In this document: in pieces, positions 55,706 through 64,000 of the stretch
How positions within the stretch are numbered: position 1 is the stretch's first letter
Layout: each line of letters begins with the position of its first letter
Assembly: GCA_024405265.1 (NCBI GenBank)
Contig: JAKSOZ010000004.1
Span: forward strand, 5,289-69,288
Direction: 5' to 3'
Origin: Kiritimatiellia bacterium
Lineage (GTDB): Bacteria > Verrucomicrobiota > Kiritimatiellia > RFP12 > UBA1067
Length of the DNA stretch: 64,000 nucleotides
Made by a program: the position numbers and the translations under genes
Notes under the pieces: generated by a model
Databases searched by the model: none
Told to the model about the DNA's origin: nothing
Seen by the model: only the letters and a program-made list of their open reading frames with translations

Positions 55706-56836
55706 TTATTCAAGTGCCGAAATTGTTGTTTTTCGTCCGCTCGCCGCGTCCTCAATCAACACCTCCGGCCCATTGGCTCCGGTTTTAATCGTTAAAACCT
55801 TATATTTTGCGCCGCCGGTGAGCTCGAACTCGGCTCCTTCCGCGACGTTGAACGTGCGATCGCCGCCGCGCGTATACGTGAGCGTCGCTTCGGTGTCGAC
55901 CGCCGCGCGCGCCGCTTTCTTGGACTTCGCGAGGGTAAGCGTCACTTCCTTCGAGTCGCGCTTGCGAACGACTACGACCTCTGACGCGTCGACGGTTTTG
56001 GTAAGGCCGGACTCTTCCGAGCCCTTGATCGCGACCTTCTTCGACTTCTGTTCGTAGCTCTTGAGCGTGAAGCCGGTCTCGCCGATTTCTTCGCCCTCGA
56101 TCGCGGTCAAGGTTATGCCCTTGCGACCGTAGTCGTCCTTAGCGTCGGCCAAGTAGAAGCTGCAGCGATAACCGCTCGGGACCTTCGTCGCGGCCGTGAA
56201 GATGAAGGGCATCTTCGTTTCGGTAAGCTGCGCGCCGACCTTAAGCGACTTGAGATAATCGGGGTGGCTCGCGGCATCGGCGGGATTCGTCTCGGCGAGG
56301 AACTCCTCGAGGTTGGTGAAGCCGTCGTTATCGAGATCGCCGTTAGCGTCGCTCGGATCGCTCGGGTTAAGACCGTAAGCCTTCTCCCACTTGTCGGGCA
56401 TACCGTCATCGTCGGTATCGCTCGTCTGCGCGGCGACCGCCGTAGGCTGCTTCGCGCCGCAGAACGGGCAAACTTCGCTCTTCTCGGGAATCGGCATTCC
56501 GCAGCTCTTGTCGGCGCCGGCTTCGCCCTGCACGCAAAAAACGCGGCTCGCGGGAGCGAGGAAGCTCGCTTCGGTTTCGCCGAGTTCACGAATCTGGCCG
56601 GGCTTACGAACGGCCTTCAAAGCCGCCTTGTATTCGGTGAGGTCGACCGCGTCGACGCCGGTCGCGATATGCTTCTTGTCGACTTCGCTTAAACGTTCAC
56701 GCGCGACTTCGCCCGCGTCGATCGAGAACTCGCTGAGCATGACCGCGATCGCGATCGCGAGAACCGCGAGCGAACCTGCGAGCGCGAGGAAGTGCCAATA
56801 GTCGAAAAAGAAATTGCTTTTCTTTAAGGCGCTCAT
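55706..56836 (-). CDS. membrane-anchored protein with zinc ribbon + thrombospondin-type-3-like acidic repeat (Amuc_1099-like position)
   Basis: The start is set at MSALKK, which forms an ATGA overlap with the upstream stop. TM helix WHFLALAGSLAVLAIAIAVML. Also CGMPIPEKSEVCPFCG and DTDDDGMPDKWEKAYGLNPSDPSDANGDLDNDGFTNLEEF. The C-terminal half is beta-rich. Confidence 0.6.
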   Translation of the reverse strand: MSALKKSNFFFDYWHFLALAGSLAVLAIAIAVMLSEFSIDAGEVARERLSEVDKKHIATGVDAVDLTEYKAALKAVRKPGQIRELGETEASFLAPASRVFCVQGEAGADKSCGMPIPEKSEVCPFCGAKQPTAVAAQTSDTDDDGMPDKWEKAYGLNPSDPSDANGDLDNDGFTNLEEFLAETNPADAASHPDYLKSLKVGAQLTETKMPFIFTAATKVPSGYRCSFYLADAKDDYGRKGITLTAIEGEEIGETGFTLKSYEQKSKKVAIKGSEESGLTKTVDASEVVVVRKRDSKEVTLTLAKSKKAARAAVDTEATLTYTRGGDRTFNVAEGAEFELTGGAKYKVLTIKTGANGPEVLIEDAASGRKTTISALE

Positions 56837-57837
56837 TCCGCCACCTCGTCTTTCTTTTGAACGGTCGTCTTGGTATTGAAATCGTAGGTCGCGACGAAGA
56901 GCGTGCACTTGAGTTCGCCGCCCTGCGAAGCGTCGTTCACGTAGCCCGTTCTGACTTCGCTTTCTTCGGAGGCTTCTTCCTCCGCCTGAGCCTTGCGACC
57001 GCGGCCGCGACCGGCCTTCTTCGCGTCTTCTTTCTTACCGCTCGCGAGCGCGGCGGAAATCTGATCGTCCTCGTGTTCGAACGAGAGATTCTCGGTCGTC
57101 GCGAAGCGCTGAGTCGCCGCGAGCTCGTTCAAGAACTTGATATGCGCGGCGGGACGAGCGCGGTAGACGAGCATATAACGCTCAACCGCGAAATCGCTCT
57201 TGGCCTTAGGCTCTTCCTTCTTGACGTTCTTCTTCGCGGAAGCGCCGCGAGAACTGCCGCGAGCGCCCTTCTTCGGCGCTTCTTCGACCTTCTCTTCGGT
57301 CTTACCGGTGAGAATCACGATATCGAGGATTTCCGTCGCGCCGTCCTTGGCGAGCGCTTCGGTGAAGAGCTTGATATCGGACCACTGACGCGAGAGCTCG
57401 ACGATCTTTTCCGTCGGCGGAAGCGAACCGCCCGCGAGGAGGTCGCCGAAGCCGAAGCCGAAGTCCGCCTTGACGAGCGGAGCGCCGTTCGCGCCCTGAA
57501 GCGCCTTTAGTCCCGCCGCGTCGTTCATCATGCGCTCCTTGAAGAGCGAGGGCGAAAGCGCCGAATCGAGTTCGAGATCGCCGAGCTGAACGAATTCCTT
57601 CGCTTCGTTATACCACGCCTGAAGTTCGGCGGTGTTCTGATTGATCGCCGCGACGCTGTCGTTGATCGGAGCGATCTTCTCGTTGTTGATGCGGCGGACT
57701 TTCTCAAGCGCCGCGTCGATCGATTCGACCTTTTCTTCCTGTTCGGAGTAAGTCGAAAAGCCCATGTAGGCGAGAACGAGCGTCGCCAAAACGGCGATAG
57801 CTCCCGACGCGATCATGATGATTTTGTTCTTGTTCAT
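56833..57837 (-). CDS. bitopic coiled-coil protein, PilO-like role (Amuc_1100-like position and architecture)
   Basis: One N-terminal TM (IIMIASGAIAVLATLVLAYMGF), a coiled-coil segment and Lys/Arg-rich linkers. ATGA overlaps on both sides. Similarity to Amuc_1100 is judged from architecture and synteny only. Confidence 0.55.
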   Translation of the reverse strand: MNKNKIIMIASGAIAVLATLVLAYMGFSTYSEQEEKVESIDAALEKVRRINNEKIAPINDSVAAINQNTAELQAWYNEAKEFVQLGDLELDSALSPSLFKERMMNDAAGLKALQGANGAPLVKADFGFGFGDLLAGGSLPPTEKIVELSRQWSDIKLFTEALAKDGATEILDIVILTGKTEEKVEEAPKKGARGSSRGASAKKNVKKEEPKAKSDFAVERYMLVYRARPAAHIKFLNELAATQRFATTENLSFEHEDDQISAALASGKKEDAKKAGRGRGRKAQAEEEASEESEVRTGYVNDASQGGELKCTLFVATYDFNTKTTVQKKDEVAE

Positions 57838-59480
57838 TTGAACATGTGCTCCAATACGAATTGCTTGACTTCGCCCTTAGGACCGATAACGGTCTCTTCC
57901 TTCTGCGAGATGCTCTCGGGCGGGATCTGATTCGCGCGAGCGAAACGATCACGGACGATTTCCGCCGCCGTGAGCGTCGTGCCGTTCTTCTCGGTGTTGA
58001 GCTTGACGGCGGCTTCAGCGCGATCCTTCCAAGCGCGAATCGTCGCGCGAATGCCGGTCTTCGATTCGTTCGGGACCATCGAGTGGACCCAGAAGTCGCT
58101 ACCGAGCGCGGTACGAACGGCGACCGTACGATCGACGCCTTCGCCGCGCTTGATCATCAGCGCCTTGAGTTCAGCGGCCTTCGCGGTCATCTCGGCTTCT
58201 GCGGCCTGAGCTTTCTTGATATGGCCTTCGACGAGGGTAAGCGCGCTCGCGCGAGTCTCGACTTCGCTGAGCTCGGCTTCGAGCGTATCTCCGCGACGCT
58301 GAACGCCGACGAAGAAGCAGATGCCCGCGGCGATAAGAATGAGCGAAGCGGCGATCACGACGGGGATGCGCGCTTTTTCCTTACGATCGGCGATGATCGC
58401 GGGCGGGAGGAGGTTGATGTTGTAGCGACCCGAAGCGGAAGCCTGAACGGCGAGACCGGCCGAAGCGGCGAGGAGCGCCGCGTTGCTTTCGAGCTCGCCC
58501 ATATCGATCGAGGGCGAGGTCTGGATACGCTCGAACGGATTCAAGTACTCGACTTCGATTCCGAGCGCGCTCGAGAAGAACGTATCGATCTGAGGCATGA
58601 GCGCGACGCCGCCGGTGATGTAGAGCTTCGTCGGCGTACCGCCGCCCTGCTGGCTACGATAGAAGTTGATCGAGCGATTGACTTCGGCGTTAAGACGCGT
58701 AAGGATCGATCTCGCGGCCTTCGCGACCGCGCCCGCCTGCTCGTCTTCGTCTTCTTCGACGCCGCCTAAAGAGACGTAGCCCTTCTGAAGCTTGAGCGCT
58801 TCCGCTTCGTCGAGCGTGCAACCGAAGACCTGCGAGATTTCCTTGGTGATCGAGTTACCGGCGACGGGAACGGAACGGTTATAAAACTTTTCGCCCTCGG
58901 TGATGATGAGGTTCGTCGTCTTCGCGCCGATATCGAGGATAACGACGCAGTCGTCGCTACCGCCGAGATTGTACGAAAGCGCGTTCGCGACCGCGAGCGG
59001 CGCGGCGGAAACGACCATCGGCGAGAAGCCGCAGCTCATGATCGCGCTCGTGATGGGTTCGAGCTGATCGAGCTTCGAGGCGACGATCATGACGGACTTG
59101 TCGCCCGTTTCCGTATCGCCCAAGATCTGACTGTCGCAGACCATCTCGTCGAGCGGGAAAGGAATGTTCTGTTCGATCTCGTAGCGGATCATCTGGTCGA
59201 ACTTTTCCTGACCGCCGGCGAACGGAATCGCCGCGAACTTCGGGAAGACCATCTGACCGGAGACCGAGAGCGCGACCTGACCTGGGCGAATGCCCTTTTC
59301 GCGAACGATCTCGAGAAGCGCGGGCGAGAGAATCGCCGAAGCGTTTCCGCTATCGAGCGGCGCGGCGAGTTTCGCGACGCCGTAATTAAGGAGCTTGAGC
59401 GAGTTCTTGCCGAGAACTTCGTACTCGGCTAAGGTTACGCTCTGAGCGCCGATATTAAGAGTTTGGATTTTCTTGCCCAT
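57834..59480 (-). CDS. PilM-like actin-fold protein fused to a PilN-like TM/coiled-coil module (Amuc_1101-like)
   Basis: FtsA/PilM-type motifs (VVILDIGAKTTNLII, LYITGGVALMPQI), then a TM helix (IPVVIAASLILIAAGICFFVGV), a coiled coil and a C-terminal domain. Confidence 0.8.
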   Translation of the reverse strand: MGKKIQTLNIGAQSVTLAEYEVLGKNSLKLLNYGVAKLAAPLDSGNASAILSPALLEIVREKGIRPGQVALSVSGQMVFPKFAAIPFAGGQEKFDQMIRYEIEQNIPFPLDEMVCDSQILGDTETGDKSVMIVASKLDQLEPITSAIMSCGFSPMVVSAAPLAVANALSYNLGGSDDCVVILDIGAKTTNLIITEGEKFYNRSVPVAGNSITKEISQVFGCTLDEAEALKLQKGYVSLGGVEEDEDEQAGAVAKAARSILTRLNAEVNRSINFYRSQQGGGTPTKLYITGGVALMPQIDTFFSSALGIEVEYLNPFERIQTSPSIDMGELESNAALLAASAGLAVQASASGRYNINLLPPAIIADRKEKARIPVVIAASLILIAAGICFFVGVQRRGDTLEAELSEVETRASALTLVEGHIKKAQAAEAEMTAKAAELKALMIKRGEGVDRTVAVRTALGSDFWVHSMVPNESKTGIRATIRAWKDRAEAAVKLNTEKNGTTLTAAEIVRDRFARANQIPPESISQKEETVIGPKGEVKQFVLEHMFK

Positions 59481-59483
59481 GAC

Positions 59484-60332
59484 TTACAGAACCTTCTTGA
59501 TCTGATCGTAGTCGCCGAACGAGCCGTTGAAGAACGGAGTTTCAGAAATGTCGAGAAGGCCCCAGCGCGACTGGATCGCGGGAACGCCGGTCTTATTGTC
59601 GATGAGGTCGTCATCGCCGACGAAATTTTCCCACCACTTACCCTTCTTCGGGTCTTTGAGCGTGGAGAGGCGGGAGAGTTCCTTTATGTTGTTGCATATA
59701 ACGGGGAGCGCGATATCTACGCCGTCGCCGATCGACTGGGTGTTCATCGCGAGCATCGTGCCGTCAGGCGTCGCGATAACGACCGAAAGAACGTCAGGCT
59801 GGCCATAGCGCTCGATGATATCGGCGGGGAGGCACGCGGTGACCTTATGATCGCCCTTCTTGATATTGATGAAGGTCTTGGTCAAGGTGTAGTAAGTGTA
59901 GCGCCCGAGCTTCGGGAGCGCCTTCATATCGGCGGAACCCTGCGCGAGCGTATTGAACTTATACTGCGAATCCTTCGCCTGATTCATACCGTCGCAGATG
60001 ATATGCCAAGTAACGACGATTTCGTCCATCCACTCGACGTAGGTCGTGTAGTTCATCGTGAAGTATCCCCACTTGTGGGACTTCTTGGCGAGTTCGCCGG
60101 GAGCGTCACGAAGCGCCTGCGTGCCTAAGGGAGTAACTCTTTCGAGCTGAGTCTTTTCGATGGCCTTGCCGACCTTTTCGTCCAAGGCCGCGTCGCCCGT
60201 CGTCGCAATCGCCGAAGTGACATCGCCGGTAGCGGCGCGCGAGCCCTTCTTCGCCTTCGTCTTAGGCGCCGCGACCACGATCGCGGACATCATCGCAAGC
60301 GTCATAACTATCATCAACTTCTTCATACTCAA
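59484..60332 (-). CDS. secreted protein of unknown function (Amuc_1102-like position); first gene of the cluster
   Basis: 282-aa ORF with a signal peptide (MKKLMIVMTLAMMSAIVVAAP) and the SD AAAGGAG. No recognisable motif. Confidence 0.55.
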   Translation of the reverse strand: MSMKKLMIVMTLAMMSAIVVAAPKTKAKKGSRAATGDVTSAIATTGDAALDEKVGKAIEKTQLERVTPLGTQALRDAPGELAKKSHKWGYFTMNYTTYVEWMDEIVVTWHIICDGMNQAKDSQYKFNTLAQGSADMKALPKLGRYTYYTLTKTFINIKKGDHKVTACLPADIIERYGQPDVLSVVIATPDGTMLAMNTQSIGDGVDIALPVICNNIKELSRLSTLKDPKKGKWWENFVGDDDLIDNKTGVPAIQSRWGLLDISETPFFNGSFGDYDQIKKVL

Positions 60333-60348
60333 GCTCCTTTCGATTTAA

Positions 60349-60377
60349 ATTATACTAAAATTCTTTGTCTATCTCAA
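60349..60377 (-). promoter_or_regulatory. near-consensus sigma-70 promoter of the pilus-like/secretin array (TTGAGA-N17-TATAAT)
   Basis: On the minus strand, TTGAGA is the reverse complement of 60372-60377 and TATAAT of 60349-60354, with a 17-nt spacer. Lies in the 62-nt gap after kpsF. Confidence 0.5.
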
Positions 60378-60394
60378 CCTTTAAGCTCAACCTC

Positions 60395-61378
60395 TCACAA
60401 GACTTTCATCTTCGGAAGATCTTGGATATCGACGAGGCCGACGACCTGACCTTCTTTGTTGCAGACGGGAAGATCGTCGATACGCTTATGCTCGAAGACC
60501 TTCAAAAGCTCCGCGGCGTAAACGCTATCGTAAACGAACGAGGGGCCCTTCGTCATGTGTTCGGAAATGGGAGAGTGAAGGAGGACTTCCGCGCCCTCCG
60601 AGATCTGACGGCGGAAGTCGCCGTCGGTGAAGATGCCGAGGAGTTTACCCGTCTCGTCGGCGATGACCGCCGAGCCGCTCTTCGCCTTCGTCATGGCCAT
60701 CAACGTTTCCATCACGCTCGCCGTAGGCGCGACCTTCGCGAGCTTTTCGCCCGTGCGCATGATATCGGTCACCTTCATGACGAGCGCGCGGCCGATAGCG
60801 CCCGCCGGGTGATTGAGCGCGTAAGAAGAAAGCTCGAACTTCATCGCGTCGATCATGACCATCGCGAGCGCGTCGCCCATCGCCATCGTCGCGGTCGTCG
60901 AATTGGTCGGCGCCATGCCGAACGGGCAGGCTTCCTTGCCGCAGGGAATGGCGAGATGAATATCGGAAAGTTTCGCGAGCGTCGAGTCGGGTTTTCCGGT
61001 CATCGAAATGACCTTAAGGCCGTGACGACGGATAGCGGGGATGAGCTTTAAGATTTCGTCGGATTCGCCCGAGAACGAGAGCGCGATAAGGACGTCACGC
61101 GGCGCGACCATACCGAGGTCGCCGTGCATCGCCTGCACGGGATTGAGGACGATCGAGCGCGTACCGGTCGACGCGAAGATCGCCGACATCTTCTCGGCGA
61201 TCGCGAGGTTCTTGCCGACGCCGGAGACGACGATAATGCCGTCGTTCTTGACACACTCGAGCATAAGCGCGATCGACTCGGTGAACGATTCGCCGAGCGA
61301 AGCTTTGACTTTCTTGAGGCCTTCGATTTCGATATCGAAAACTTCATTCGCGCGCTTAAGCTGTTCTTCCTTCGTCAT
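60395..61378 (-). CDS. kpsF: arabinose-5-phosphate isomerase (KpsF/GutQ family)
   Basis: SIS domain (IVVSGVGKNLAIAEKMSAIFASTG) plus tandem CBS domains. 327 aa. Confidence 0.9.
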   Translation of the reverse strand: MTKEEQLKRANEVFDIEIEGLKKVKASLGESFTESIALMLECVKNDGIIVVSGVGKNLAIAEKMSAIFASTGTRSIVLNPVQAMHGDLGMVAPRDVLIALSFSGESDEILKLIPAIRRHGLKVISMTGKPDSTLAKLSDIHLAIPCGKEACPFGMAPTNSTTATMAMGDALAMVMIDAMKFELSSYALNHPAGAIGRALVMKVTDIMRTGEKLAKVAPTASVMETLMAMTKAKSGSAVIADETGKLLGIFTDGDFRRQISEGAEVLLHSPISEHMTKGPSFVYDSVYAAELLKVFEHKRIDDLPVCNKEGQVVGLVDIQDLPKMKVL

Positions 61379-61424
61379 CTTACCTTTCTCCCTTAACCTT
61401 CAACCTCAACCTTGACCTTCTCCC

Positions 61425-62462
61425 TTACTTCGTCGCGCTCTGAAGGAGCGTGACGCAGATCGTCCCCACGATATCCTCCGCGGAGCAGCCGCGCGAGAGG
61501 TCGTTCATCGCCTTCGCGAGACCCTGGAGGTTCGGACCGATCGCGGTCGCGCCGCCGAGGCGCTGAGCGATCTTGTAGCCGATATTGCCGGCCTGGAGAT
61601 CGGGGAAAATGAAGACGTTCGCGTTACCCTTGATTTCGCCCTTCGGGTTCTTGAGTTCGCCGACCGAGGGAACGATCGCCGCGTCGAACTGCATTTCGCC
61701 GTCCATCTTGATGCCCTTTTCGGCGAAGACGGGACGCGCGAGTTCGACGGCCTTCTGAACCTTCTCGACGAGCTCGCCCGCGGCGCTGCCCTTAGTCGAG
61801 AACGAGAGGTAAGCTACGCGAGGTTCGCAGCCGGTCAAATCCTTGTACGTCTGCGCGGTCGCGAGACCGATATCGACGAGCTGTTCCGCCGTCGGGTTAG
61901 GGATGACTGCGCAGTCGCCGAACGCGAGAACGCTGTCGCCCGAAGCGGTCGGAGCTTTAAGATCCATGATGAAGCAGCTCGAAGCGGTCTTGACGCCCTT
62001 CTGGGTGCCGAGCGTGTGGAACGCGGCTCTGAGCATATCGCCCGTCGAAGCGATCGAACCCGCGACGAGACCGTTGACGCGGCCGAGCTTGACCATCATA
62101 CCGCCGAAGTAGATGCGCTTCGTGCGCAAGGTCTTCGCGGCGGTCGCGAGATCGATGAGCTTCTGCTTTTCGGCGGGCTTCTTCGATTCCTTCAAGTTCC
62201 ACGCCTCGTAATAAGCCTTCTCGAGCTCTTCGTCGCCGAGCGTATAGTCGATCGTCTTGATGCCGTAATCGGCGAGGCTCATGTGAGCGAGCGATTCGGC
62301 GGTAGCGATCTCCGCGGGCGTTCCGAGAACTACGGGCGTGCAGATCTTACGCGAAACGCAAGCGCACGCGGCGGTAATGACGCGAGGGTCCATGCCTTCC
62401 GGGAGAACGATCGTGCCGTTCAACTTCGAGGCGTTTTCGATAATCTTTTTAATCGCATCCAT
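61425..62462 (-). CDS. pta: phosphate acetyltransferase (short PTA_PTB form)
   Basis: 345 aa with IVLPEGMDPRVI, FIMD and SRGCSAEDIV patterns. Adjacent to ackA. Confidence 0.9.
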   Translation of the reverse strand: MDAIKKIIENASKLNGTIVLPEGMDPRVITAACACVSRKICTPVVLGTPAEIATAESLAHMSLADYGIKTIDYTLGDEELEKAYYEAWNLKESKKPAEKQKLIDLATAAKTLRTKRIYFGGMMVKLGRVNGLVAGSIASTGDMLRAAFHTLGTQKGVKTASSCFIMDLKAPTASGDSVLAFGDCAVIPNPTAEQLVDIGLATAQTYKDLTGCEPRVAYLSFSTKGSAAGELVEKVQKAVELARPVFAEKGIKMDGEMQFDAAIVPSVGELKNPKGEIKGNANVFIFPDLQAGNIGYKIAQRLGGATAIGPNLQGLAKAMNDLSRGCSAEDIVGTICVTLLQSATK

Positions 62463-62481
62463 TTTCGTTCACCACTTCTCG

Positions 62482-62509
62482 TTTATCACTTATCACTTAT
62501 CGCTTATCA
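62482..62509 (-). repeat. 4 x 7-nt tandem array TGATAAG-CGATAAG-TGATAAG-TGATAAA (sense strand), starting with the ackA stop codon
   Basis: Reverse complement of 62482-62509. It is 26/28 identical to 13318-13345. Confidence 0.9.
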
Positions 62510-63640
62510 TTGCGCGAGCACGCGCACAGTGTCTTGAGCGATAGCGAGCTCTTCGTTCGTCGGAATCGCGATGACGGGGATCTTCGAATCCTTAGTGGAG
62601 AGAACGACGACCTGACCACGCTTCTGGTTGGCCTTCTTATCGAGCTTGATGCCGAGAGCGCCGAGGCGGTTGATGATGCGCTCGCGAACTTCGGACGAGT
62701 TCTCGCCGATACCGCCGGTCATGATGATCGCGTCGGCGCCGCCGATAACGGTGTTGTAGCCGCCGATATAAAGCGCGGTGCGATAGGCGAGCATTTCCAA
62801 AGCGAGCTCGGCCTGCTTGTTGCCCTTCTCGGCCTTACCGACGATATCGCGGCAGTCGCTCGAACCCGTGAGCGCGAGGAGGCCTGACTTCTTATTGAGG
62901 AGCGTATCGGCCTCGGCGGGAGTGAGCTTTTCCGCTTCCATGATCGAGAGAACCGCCGCCGCGTCGATATCGCCGCAGCGCGTTCCCATGACCATACCCG
63001 CGAGCGGAGTAAGACCCATCGTCGTATCGACGCACTGACCGTTCTTAACCGCCGCGAGGGAGCTTCCGTTACCCATGTGGCAAGTGACGAGATTGACCTT
63101 ATCGATCGGCTTCTTGAGGAAGGCTGCGGCTGCCGCGGTAATGAACTTGTGGCTCGTACCGTGGAAGCCGTACTTTCTGATACCCATCTTCTTGTAGTAC
63201 TTCGGATCGATCGCGTACATCGCCGCGCAGTCAGGCATCGTCTGATGGAAAGCGGTGTCGAAGACGGCGACGTTCGGAACGCCCTTGAAGATCTTCTCGC
63301 AGGCCTTGATACCGCCGAGGTTCGCCGGCATGTGCAAGGGGCCGAACTTGACGAGCTTCTCGAGCTTCTTCATATTGGCAGCTGTCGCCTTCACCGAATC
63401 CTTGAAGACCTCCGCGCCGTGGAGGACGCGGTGGCCGATGGCGTCAATTCCCTTCGCGAGCTCGCCGAGGTCCGCGACGACTTGGTCGAGCGCGGCGGTG
63501 TGGTCCTTAGGACCGCCGCAGCCGATACGTTCGACCAAACCCTTCGCGATACGCTCGCCCTTGACCATGTCGAAGACCTGGTACTTGAGCGAGCTGGAGC
63601 CCGAGTTGATTACGAGAACTGTCTTAATCGCCTTCTTCAT
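62507..63640 (-). CDS. ackA: acetate kinase
   Basis: VLVINSGSSSLKYQVF, GHRVLHG, FDTAFHQTMP and TCHMGNGSS motifs. Confidence 0.95.
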   Translation of the reverse strand: MKKAIKTVLVINSGSSSLKYQVFDMVKGERIAKGLVERIGCGGPKDHTAALDQVVADLGELAKGIDAIGHRVLHGAEVFKDSVKATAANMKKLEKLVKFGPLHMPANLGGIKACEKIFKGVPNVAVFDTAFHQTMPDCAAMYAIDPKYYKKMGIRKYGFHGTSHKFITAAAAAFLKKPIDKVNLVTCHMGNGSSLAAVKNGQCVDTTMGLTPLAGMVMGTRCGDIDAAAVLSIMEAEKLTPAEADTLLNKKSGLLALTGSSDCRDIVGKAEKGNKQAELALEMLAYRTALYIGGYNTVIGGADAIIMTGGIGENSSEVRERIINRLGALGIKLDKKANQKRGQVVVLSTKDSKIPVIAIPTNEELAIAQDTVRVLAQ

Positions 63641-63670
63641 TCTTTCTTGCCTGACTTTCTTTTCTCTCGA

Positions 63671-64000
63671 TTACTTCTGAGTGACAACGACCTTGTAGAA
63701 CGCGCCGGTAGCCTCCACGTCGAGGACGAGGTCTTCGCCGCCGATTTCGACTTCTTCAACCTTCACGACGGTCCAATCGTTCTGAGCGAGGTTATCCTTC
63801 GCGAGAACCTGAACGATCGCCTTGGCCTTACCATTCGTCGCGTAGAGCTTGGTCGCGCCCGAAGCGGAAGCGGTTTCGACTTCAGAGCCGACCTTAAGGA
63901 CGACCTTGCCGTTTTCGATCGCGAAGCCGGTGATGACGACCGAGTCTTCCTTGATCTGCGGCTCGAGCGCGCTCATGACCGAGCCCTCGTCGACCGAGAG
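63671..64000 (-). CDS. C-terminal part of a larger protein (ORF open to the right edge); beta-rich domain ending FYKVVVTQK
   Basis: The ORF track starts it at Met 63976. The frame stays open through 64000 (LSVDEGSV before the Met), and no signal peptide follows that Met. Confidence 0.45.
   Translation of the reverse strand, partial: LSVDEGSVMSALEPQIKEDSVVITGFAIENGKVVLKVGSEVETASASGATKLYATNGKAKAIVQVLAKDNLAQNDWTVVKVEEVEIGGEDLVLDVEATGAFYKVVVTQK

Noticed and set aside
62482-62509. Whether the heptamer arrays (here and at 13318-13345) or the secretin repeats could be CRISPR or a mobile-element terminus.
   Set aside because: The units are 7 nt with no spacers, and each array is only 28 nt long. 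No cas genes, transposase or inverted terminal partner is present. They are treated as a dispersed intercistronic repeat instead.

Overview
A 64-kb chromosomal segment that is almost entirely coding: about 60 CDS, with no rRNA, tRNA, CRISPR array, transposase or integrase seen. There are three strand blocks: minus 1-10322, plus 10499-22606, and minus 22620-64000. Many genes share 1-4 nt start/stop overlaps (ATGA, TAATG, GTGA).

Gene content suggests a host-glycan-foraging member of the PVC group; this is inference only. The supporting genes are a V/A-type ATPase with a DUF2764 gene, DUF1570, GH33 sialidase, GH89, GH20, NagB, and a secretin cluster laid out like Akkermansia Amuc_1098-1102.

Most notable observations:
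1. A 14.4-kb, gap-free minus-strand array (45939-60377) has its own near-consensus promoter. It joins an Amuc_1100-type pilus-like/secretin module (PilM-N fusion, two bitopic proteins, secretin; no pilin, ATPase or platform genes in the window) to an InlB-repeat protein, a sialidase and a NanM-mutarotase::SSS-transporter fusion.
2. A roughly 40% G+C insert at the left edge carries a GmrSD-type (DUF262/DUF1524) nuclease and a Sel1-repeat gene. It sits directly behind a sigma-54 activator gene.
3. A 28-nt array of four TGATAAG-type heptamers (26/28 identical, stops in all three frames) occurs at two unrelated intercistronic junctions. It belongs to a wider pattern of C-depleted, short-period repeat spacers.
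4. A V-ATPase half-operon (E, DUF2764, A, B) runs straight into ftsH-cdaA-ftsK with no D/I/K genes.
5. Several unusual proteins are present: a divergent ThyX-fold protein with a Cys-rich tail, a Zn-ribbon::EIIA fusion, a 48-aa mini-CdaR, and a CsoR/permease pair with a textbook promoter-operator.
6. About 0.6 kb of ORF-free sequence (6301-6889) remains unexplained.

All homology statements come from reading motifs by eye. No searches were run.
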